A DNA stretch of 24,364 nt. It comes from Tolypothrix carrinoi HA7290-LM1 (GTDB taxonomy: Bacteria; Cyanobacteriota; Cyanobacteriia; Cyanobacteriales; Nostocaceae). The stretch spans positions 1-24,364 of the forward strand of contig JAHHIK010000122.1 of NCBI GenBank assembly GCA_019358935.1. Direction: 5' to 3'. The notes below the pieces were generated by a model. It ran no database searches. It was not told where the DNA came from and saw only the letters and a list, made by a program, of their open reading frames with translations. A program made the translations under genes and the position numbers. Of this stretch, positions 19,201 through 24,364 are shown in pieces (the stretch's first letter is position 1; each line of letters starts with the position of its first letter).

Positions 19201-19405
19201 AGCCGATGGCTAAAGTAGACAAACCGCTAGCCAGCATTCCCGGCTTTAACCCACCATACCAGACACTAACCGTCACAGCAGCAAAAAACAATGGAGAAAT
19301 CAGCGGTGTCAGTAGTGGGTATAGCAAGAGTGTCAGCAGCCATGCGCTACCAACAGCCAGCACCGCCACAATATAAGGTGCAAGATGCGATCGTATTGCT
19401 TTCAT
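16271..19405 (-). CDS. Hybrid sensor histidine kinase: DUF4118-like membrane domain, four PAS, HisKA, HATPase, REC
   Basis: N-terminal TM helices; PAS/PAC repeats; FLATLSHELRTPL; NLLSNAIKFT; GGLGLGLAI; VLVVDD..SDIGMP..KP. Confidence 0.95.
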   Translation of the reverse strand: MKAIRSHLAPYIVAVLAVGSAWLLTLLLYPLLTPLISPLFFAAVTVSVWYGGLKPGMLASGLSTLAIGYFLIKPSQMLFVGSFETVVQLSVFLLVTILISSLFSKLRTAKKHLEMSLHSLQQSESRFRRLVESNIIGVIVGDLDGAIAEANDAFLKMVGYTRSDLMSGRVRWREISAPEYIEVSDRSIVELKSKGVHVPFEKEYIRKDNSRVPILVGSATLENNSQVISFVLDLTEYKHAENARKTSEERYRVFVEQSSEGIWRFEIEKPISLELSEDEQIQHFYQYAYLAECNHVMAQMYGFSCAEELVGTRLGDFVVACDPHNIEYLRSFIRSGYRLVDAESHEVDKYGNSKYFVNNLVGIVENGVLMRAWGTQRDITERKQAEIALLESEKRFRRLAESNIFGVAIGDFSGGISYANDYFLNMVGYTREELAIGEIRWDKMTPPEYHDLEVQASSEARTHGITTPFEKEYIRKDNSRVPILIGGALLEESNGIEQTIIFCVDLSERQAALRDRKRTQEALRQREDQLRLITNAVPVLISYVDAQQRYRFNNQKYEEWYGVPVSEIYGKQIQEFMDKSVYESVRPYIEAVLSGEQVTYQTKVLDKDGGSRYVEVSYIPQFNEERAVEGFVALISDISDRKKAEQEREQLLLREKAARTEAETANRLKDEFLATLSHELRTPLNAMSGWTQLLTTRKFDETTTARALETINRNTKTLKVLIEDVLDVSRIITGKLNLKITPVQLITVVEAALDTVRPAAEAKEIRLENISDSSVPLVLGDANRLQQIVWNLLSNAIKFTPHGGRVDVQLVQIDSHVQIRVRDTGEGIAAEFLPYVFERFRQADSSSTRSHGGLGLGLAIVRHLVELHGGTVRAESPGIGQGATFIVTLPLKPALKPTTPEQLSPTTTHEVAENCLPILEGLRVLVVDDEVDARELIKAMLQPLGVQVKAAASAIEALVTLQAFQPDVLVSDIGMPGENGYALIRQLRALEQEQLRRIPAVALTAYARAEDRTQALLAGFQLHVPKPVNQAELAAVVANLAGRT
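17858..17886 (-). mobile_element. 21-nt small dispersed repeat (SDR5-like) inserted in a HIP1 site within the kinase gene
   Basis: Minus strand GCG-[AACGGCAAGCCGCGCTTCGCG]-ATCGC; removing it restores DLSDRK, matching DISDRK in the next PAC domain. Confidence 0.7.
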
Positions 19406-19588
19406 TGCAAATGAATTCTCCTTTGGGGCAGCTGGCTGAAAGGAATGTTACTCAAAGTACTTAGATAACCGTTTACTCATTAGATATTATGCATCCGCAT
19501 AATCTATACTGAGTATTTATATTTTACACATCTATCTCAAGTAGGAAAAAATAGAATAAATAAGATTAGCTAATATTCCTTCACCACC

Positions 19589-19616
19589 AACCCTCAGCTT
19601 GTGGCAGGGTTTTTTT
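19589..19616 (+). terminator. Intrinsic terminator-like hairpin
   Basis: AACCCT..GC-loop-GCAGGGTT followed by a T run. Confidence 0.5.
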
Positions 19617-19768
19617 ATTGTAAATCACAATTTATACCATGCCCGCCTTGTAGAGACGTTAAGTTGTAGAAAGTTTCTACAATCGAAAAAACTTTTTTGA
19701 GATTTCTCCTGATTCAGCCATAGCTGTGACGGATAAAGAAATGGTAGATGCACCCTAATTAAATTACT

Positions 19769-19797
19769 GCCCTCGGTTTCTGGCTGAGGGCTTTTTT
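19769..19797 (+). terminator. Intrinsic terminator
   Basis: GCCCTCGG..CTGAGGGC followed by TTTTTT, abutting the convergent exoD stop codon. Confidence 0.7.
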
Positions 19798-19798
19798 A

Positions 19799-20431
19799 TT
19801 ATTTAAATATGGCTGGTAGTAAACTGGGAGCCATCCACACTGCATAAGCGATGAATGCAAATAGTAAGGTAGTTAAAGCAGTAAAGATATAGCTGATACA
19901 CATCAACAAACCATCAGATTCTATACTGGCGACTGCTAATAGCAAGATTCCGACGGTAGGGATGGGATTGGTAAGGGGAACAGGTAAAATTAACAATATT
20001 GCCAACCAAGAGATACAAAGCCCGTTTAATCGCCAAGTTAAAGGATTTTCGGCTATTTTCACGAACCTGGGGCGGGTGATTTTCTCTAATACTTTAGTGA
20101 CTCGCCGCAGATTTTGCAAAAGTGTCTGAGCAAAAAGGCGAGGAAATTTGTAATTGGCGATTTTTTTTGGTAGCCAAGGCTGGCGTCTGCCTAAAACCAT
20201 CTGTACAGACAATAGCAAACAAGCACCACCAAAAGGACCCGTGAATCCAGGTGGCATGGGAAACAAAAAGGGTAAAACTAATAATGCGATCGTCAAACTA
20301 AAACCCCGTTGGGAGGTTTCTGCCAAAATATCCCCCAAAGTCAGCGGCTGTTGCGCTAACCGTTGCAGGATTAACTTAATATCTTGAGAAAATCTCAAAT
20401 GTATTTGGCTTGATTTGATGTCACTTGCCAC
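19799..20431 (-). CDS. exoD: Exopolysaccharide synthesis protein ExoD family
   Basis: LTLGDIL..RGF, LPFLFPMPPG, QMVLGRRQPWLP, LEKITRPR, LPVPLTNPIP, IESDG. Confidence 0.88.
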   Translation of the reverse strand: MASDIKSSQIHLRFSQDIKLILQRLAQQPLTLGDILAETSQRGFSLTIALLVLPFLFPMPPGFTGPFGGACLLLSVQMVLGRRQPWLPKKIANYKFPRLFAQTLLQNLRRVTKVLEKITRPRFVKIAENPLTWRLNGLCISWLAILLILPVPLTNPIPTVGILLLAVASIESDGLLMCISYIFTALTTLLFAFIAYAVWMAPSLLPAIFK

Positions 20432-20557
20432 AATACCCTGCTTTAATTGAACTAAAACAATTTGATTAGTTACAAATACAATTACAATTCAAGATATTTC
20501 ATTAAACCTCAAATTTTCATCTACCGCAAGCATAACTTCAATTAAAAACTATGGTAA

Positions 20558-20730
20558 TTGGGCATTGGGAATTGGGCATTGGGCATTGGGCATGGGGCAT
20601 GGGGCATGGGGCATTGGGCATTGGGCATGGAAAAAATCGTATTAGAACGCGCATTACTTTCAAAGAACTTCTTTAATTCCCATTGCCCATTGCCCATTGC
20701 CCATTGCGATAGGGCCCATTACCCATTCCC
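20558..20730. repeat. Inverted STRR blocks (GGGCATT/GGGCATG)n and (CCCATTG)n
   Basis: About 10 heptamers at 20558-20630 and complementary heptamers at about 20679-20730. Confidence 0.9.
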
Positions 20731-20735
20731 AATCC

Positions 20736-21620
20736 TCATAACTTTTTGCTTGGCGGCATTAAAACAGATAATGCCTGAGGGATAACGCGGAAGTGGGCAG
20801 GGGTGTAAGTTGTGATTTCACCATCGGTATTGATGGGACGCGGCTTGCGGGTATATACTTCAAATTCTTGACCATTGAGGGCGCGGACATTCTGCGAATT
20901 AGTGTGTCGTCCTTGTCGCATAGCGGGCAATAAGAGAATAATTTGCCACCAATGCTTAATCTCCAAACTGTAAAGATCCAGCCTTTGGTCTTCGATTGAG
21001 GCATCTTCAGCCACCGTCATTCCACCACCGTAATAACGACCGTTACCCACGGCAATTTGGACTGTTTTCACTTTTATCGATTCGCCGTTGAGACGAATTT
21101 CTGCACTAAAAGGTCGAGATTCCCAAATTACTTGCAATGCGGTAGCAGCGTAAGCGAACACTCCCCATCGACGCTTGACTTCTTTGGTAAGTCGCTGAGT
21201 AATTTTTACACTCAGCCCCAGACTGGCAACGTTGAAAAAATGCTTGCCGTTTACACACCCCAGGTCGATGCGTCGCACTTCACCATGAGCGATAATGTCA
21301 CAAGCTTCGGTTAGAGAGTTGGGAATTCCTAAAGTTCTTGCTAAGTCGTTGGCTGTTCCCAAAGGCAAGATTCCCAAAGGCAACTGGCTAGTTACTAAAG
21401 CATCTACTGCGGCGTTTAAGGTGCCATCGCCACCACCAACGATCGCCAAGTCAACTTCATGTTGATGCCGCTGGATAACTTCCGGTAGTTGCTCGGCATT
21501 TTCTGTAGACTCCTCCAGCAAATCAAAACCGAGTTTTTTCAGATAATCGATTGCTTCGGACAGATTATTTTGTCCTTGGCGGGCATGAGGATTTACTAAC
21601 AACAGTGCGCGGGGACTCAT
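20736..21620 (-). CDS. Lipid kinase, YegS/diacylglycerol kinase family
   Basis: LLVNP, GGGDGTLN, LPLGTANDLAR, GNGRYYGGG, NTDGE; likely start MSPRALLL at 21620 (the ORF extends to 21668). Confidence 0.92.
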   Translation of the reverse strand: MSPRALLLVNPHARQGQNNLSEAIDYLKKLGFDLLEESTENAEQLPEVIQRHQHEVDLAIVGGGDGTLNAAVDALVTSQLPLGILPLGTANDLARTLGIPNSLTEACDIIAHGEVRRIDLGCVNGKHFFNVASLGLSVKITQRLTKEVKRRWGVFAYAATALQVIWESRPFSAEIRLNGESIKVKTVQIAVGNGRYYGGGMTVAEDASIEDQRLDLYSLEIKHWWQIILLLPAMRQGRHTNSQNVRALNGQEFEVYTRKPRPINTDGEITTYTPAHFRVIPQALSVLMPPSKKL

Positions 21621-21710
21621 CTGTCTAATTGTTTGTAGTTTATATCTAGAATTATCCACTTTTCCCATTCACCTGGTTGAAATTTTCTCTCAAACCTTGC
21701 TGGGGCTGTT

Positions 21711-22415
21711 ATGAAATATATTCAACATCTGAGTTTACCACGCTTATTATACCGTTATTTTCCTCGTTGTTTCGCTGCTATCTTTTTTTGTTTAGCTTTA
21801 TTATGTTGCGGTGTTTTGATACCTGCTAAATGGGGTAATCACTCAAAACATGATTGTGAAATAAAAATTTGTGTTTCTAATACTGGTATTCACTCTAATA
21901 TTATAGTACCAGTTGAAAATCGTGTTTTTGATTGGCATAAATATTTATCTATAGATGGAATTGGTATAGATAATGCTAAAAATTATAATTATTTGAGTTT
22001 CGGTTGGGGCGATCGCGATTTTTATATGTCAACTCCTTCTTTGATAAATCTCAAACTTTCTACTACCTTCAAAGCGCTATTTCTTCCCACTCCTTCTGTG
22101 ATGTACGTTAAAGGCTACCAAATAATACCCAATTACTTAGAGGTTAAATGTATTAAAATTAATCAAAACGATTATTTGCAATTAACGAATTTTATTGAAT
22201 CTAGTTTTCAACTTGATGTTAATGGCAGGCAAATTCGTTTAGGTAATGGTCACACTGATAATGCTGGATTTTATGCGGCAAAAGGCAGTTACTCGATATT
22301 GAGAAATTGTAATTCTTGGACAGCCGAAGGTTTAAGAAAAGCTGATATAAATACTCCTCTTTGGAGTGGACTTTCATCGGCAATTATGTTACATTTGCAA
22401 AGCAACTGTAAATAA
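21711..22415 (+). CDS. DUF2459/TIGR02117-like protein
   Basis: N-terminal TM; NTGIHSNIIVP, FGWGDRDFY, FYAAKGSYSILRNCNSWTAEGL. Confidence 0.75.
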   Translation: MKYIQHLSLPRLLYRYFPRCFAAIFFCLALLCCGVLIPAKWGNHSKHDCEIKICVSNTGIHSNIIVPVENRVFDWHKYLSIDGIGIDNAKNYNYLSFGWGDRDFYMSTPSLINLKLSTTFKALFLPTPSVMYVKGYQIIPNYLEVKCIKINQNDYLQLTNFIESSFQLDVNGRQIRLGNGHTDNAGFYAAKGSYSILRNCNSWTAEGLRKADINTPLWSGLSSAIMLHLQSNCK

Positions 22416-22615
22416 TTATGTATTTTTGGGGCTAATGCACAGAAAAGTCTGATATTTCCTTAGCTGTGGTTACAAGGCGAATGGCTGGAAACGAGCCAAT
22501 AAGTGCAAGAAGTCTAATGCACTCCTCAAGCAGCAATAAAAGCAAAAAGATGTTACACCGATTTCAATGGGCAAGAACTACCATTAAAATCAAACAGTAA
22601 AAACTGGTGTGTTAT

Positions 22616-22933
22616 ATGTCAACGAAAAAGCAATTCAATAGCTTTGAAGAGATGCTGTCAGGTTCTGATTTACCGGTGTTGGTAGATTTTTATGCTGACT
22701 GGTGCGGTCCATGTCAAATGATGGTGCCGATTTTAGAGCAAGTCAATGCTCAACTCACCGGAAAGATGAAAATCGTCAAAATTGATACGGAAAAATACCC
22801 GCAGTTAGCGAGTGCGTATGAAATTTCGGCTCTACCAACGTTAGTACTATTTAAACAGGGTAAGCCTGTCGATCGCATTGAGGGTGCAATGAGCGCACCG
22901 CAATTAGTTCAGCATCTGCAAACTATGCTTTAA
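22616..22933 (+). CDS. trxA: Thioredoxin (y-type-like)
   Basis: KKQFNSFEEML..PVLVDFYADWCGPC..KIDTEKYP..ALPTLVLFKQG; ATG at 22616. Confidence 0.93.
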   Translation: MSTKKQFNSFEEMLSGSDLPVLVDFYADWCGPCQMMVPILEQVNAQLTGKMKIVKIDTEKYPQLASAYEISALPTLVLFKQGKPVDRIEGAMSAPQLVQHLQTML

Positions 22934-22939
22934 TAATTA

Positions 22940-23027
22940 TGGGTAATTGGTGAGCCAGTGCGTTCGGTCAAAAGACTTGAAGCACCTGGCTCTCCCGTTG
23001 GGTAATATTGCGATTACCAATTACCGA
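22940..23027. repeat. Structured intergenic repeat after thioredoxin
   Basis: GGTAATTGGT...ACCAATTACC inverted arms enclosing a GAGCCAG..CTGGCTC hairpin. Confidence 0.55.
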
Positions 23028-23113
23028 TACAATTGTGTTGGTGAGAATGCACTTTTCGCATTAGGCTGTAGTTAACACGAAGCGTGGTCAATTGAGCGCT
23101 GATGCGATCGCTA

Positions 23114-23293
23114 CTATGAATCCCCAGAGCGTTTATTCGCCTCAGGCAGTAGTTGACCTAAATACCCACCGACACCGACTTTAGCCAAGTCGCCAAAGGT
23201 GGGGCGAAAGTTATGGTCGGCGATCGCTAACACGAGCGCCCCAATCACCAGAATAATTACAACTACCGACCTAACGGTTAATCGTGATAGCAT
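23114..23293 (-). CDS. 59-aa membrane protein, holin-like (absent from the ORF track)
   Basis: MLSRLTVRSVVVIILVIGALVLAIADHNFRPTFGDLAKVGVGGYLGQLLPEANKRSGDS; the ATG directly follows the TGA of the repaired upstream frame. Confidence 0.65.
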   Translation of the reverse strand: MLSRLTVRSVVVIILVIGALVLAIADHNFRPTFGDLAKVGVGGYLGQLLPEANKRSGDS

Positions 23294-23606
23294 TCACGCG
23301 CCCTCGTCCAGTTTTTGCATGTACTTCAACTCAATCTTGAGCTGCTTGATTTCATCAAAAAGCCGCTGCCGCTTTATGGTCAATTTTTTCTTCATTAGCG
23401 TGCAATAAATAATCTACTTGCTCTTTACGCTCTGCATAAATTGCCACATGTACAGCAAAGCTGTGCTCAAGAGAGCTTATTCGATTGCTAAGTAAGTCTT
23501 TTAAATCATCAATTGCGTTATAAATTGCAGCTTCTATCTGAAATACTCGATAAATGACTGCGATTAGCGCCGTAAGCCCAACAAGAATATCAACATAATC
23601 CTTCAT
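23294..23606 (-). pseudogene. Phage-like single-TM coiled-coil protein with a frameshift near 23370
   Basis: The ORF stops at 23355; deleting one base at about 23369-23370 continues HKAQRLFDEIKQLKIELKYMQKLDEGA* to 23294. Confidence 0.6.
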
Positions 23607-23613
23607 AGTGCTA

Positions 23614-24009
23614 TTAATTTAGTCCGAACAGAAAGTTTAAACCCACGCCGCCATTGTTACCACTAGCTAATCGGATTACCCCATCGGGATTAACTTGGAT
23701 ACGAGAAGTTCCGCCAGATGCCCAAGTTGTCAACAAGATTATTTCAGTGGGCGTATACCCGGCTGGTAGGGTTGTGATTATTTCATTAGTTACAAGAGCG
23801 CTGGTTTTTTTGATTACCCCCTTAACCTCGATCAAACTTCCAATTATCTTTCTACACTGAGGCTTAGTGTATCCAGTACCGTATAAAGTCCAGCCTGAAG
23901 CTAAAGTTAAATTTTGCCAAGCATCAGGGTTTTTATCGGATTTACTGTCTAGTAAATTTTGTAGCCCTGGAATTTCAGCTATATAAATGTCGTCATCAAA
24001 TAAAGGCAT
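23614..24009 (-). CDS. Phage tail fibre/receptor-binding C-terminal-like protein
   Basis: WQNLTLASGW..Y..PQCRK..IEVKGVI..ITTLPAGYTP..RIQVNPDG beta-rich pattern; TAATG coupling with the upstream frame. Confidence 0.6.
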   Translation of the reverse strand: MPLFDDDIYIAEIPGLQNLLDSKSDKNPDAWQNLTLASGWTLYGTGYTKPQCRKIIGSLIEVKGVIKKTSALVTNEIITTLPAGYTPTEIILLTTWASGGTSRIQVNPDGVIRLASGNNGGVGLNFLFGLN

Positions 24010-24245
24010 TATTCAAATTCACGAATTCTTGCATCACCGCTACCGCTACCATCCCACACGCCCTCGACATCGCCAGTGAAATTAAGGGGTAATTCATAAT
24101 AAGCGCCTGGTGTCAGTTTAACAGCGTAGTCAGTTACATCAGCGCCTTTACCAAAGTCTAGATATAAATTTCTAGTTGCAGAATGATTGGTTATAGTTAA
24201 GCCCTTACGATTCTCGTTACTAGCCGCTAAAACTGTGCTATTAAC
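24009..24245 (-). pseudogene. 5'-truncated phage virion-like gene
   Basis: Open frame NSTVLAASNENRKGLTITNHSATRNLYLDFG..VKLTPGAYYELPLNFTGDVEGVWDG..ARIREFE* with no start codon; an in-frame TAA lies upstream within the inverted repeat. Confidence 0.65.
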
Positions 24246-24266
24246 CCAAGTTGCGGGTTATCGATT
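24237..24266. repeat. Right copy of the 30-bp inverted repeat (candidate recombination site)
   Basis: GCTAT-TAACCC-AAGTTGC-GGGTTA-TCGATT: 6-bp palindromic arms around a 7-bp asymmetric core. Confidence 0.7.
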
Positions 24267-24364
24267 GATACGGCTTGTGATCACTCAATTCATGCGATCG
24301 CGTACAACAAAGTGGCGTTGGTGCGTAGCGCCAACGTGCCGATGCCGTTGTTACCAGTATTCAG

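Noticed and set aside
20558..20785. 75-aa MGIGNWALG ORF
   Set aside because: A by-product of the heptamer repeat.
2011..21314. Many short ORFs nested in or antisense to the long genes
   Set aside because: No recognisable motifs, and they overlap well-supported CDSs.
23118..23210. Resemblance to an IS200/IS605 (IscB/HEARO-like) end, with GTAGTTGAC and CCCACC..GGTGGG
   Set aside because: Better explained as the coding sequence of the 59-aa minus-strand ORF; no iscB/tnpB nearby.
23199..23408. 69-aa plus-strand ORF
   Set aside because: Antisense shadow of the phage-like genes.
87..24301. Frequent GCGATCGC octamers
   Set aside because: HIP1, a normal genome-wide cyanobacterial feature; used only as a taxonomic clue.

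Overview
Window from a filamentous (Nostocales-like) cyanobacterium, judged by abundant HIP1 sites (GCGATCGC), STRR tandem repeats and GTAG-type palindromes. Left to right: a broken OmpR/CusR-type two-component pair (regulator fused by an apparent deletion to a sensor-kinase fragment); a secreted repeat protein and a Tat-signal intradiol dioxygenase; a MacAB-type ABC exporter; a phytochelatin-synthase-family gene with an osmoprotectant-type ABC importer; a roughly 4 kb accessory island (TPR-coiled coil-PLD protein, an unnamed two-gene toxin/antitoxin-like pair, VapBC); a TPR protein; a multi-PAS hybrid kinase; exoD; a lipid kinase; a DUF2459-like gene; thioredoxin; and a decayed phage tail/lysis remnant. 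Most notable: (1) a 30-bp imperfect inverted repeat (25/30 identical, 98-127 vs 24237-24266) with a recombinase-site-like core brackets almost the whole window, and each copy sits where a gene is cut off; (2) the TPR-PLD plus toxin-antitoxin island is a candidate defence module; (3) in-frame 21-24 nt mini-elements inserted into HIP1 sites inside coding sequences. Family assignments rest on motif recognition only; no database searches were run.
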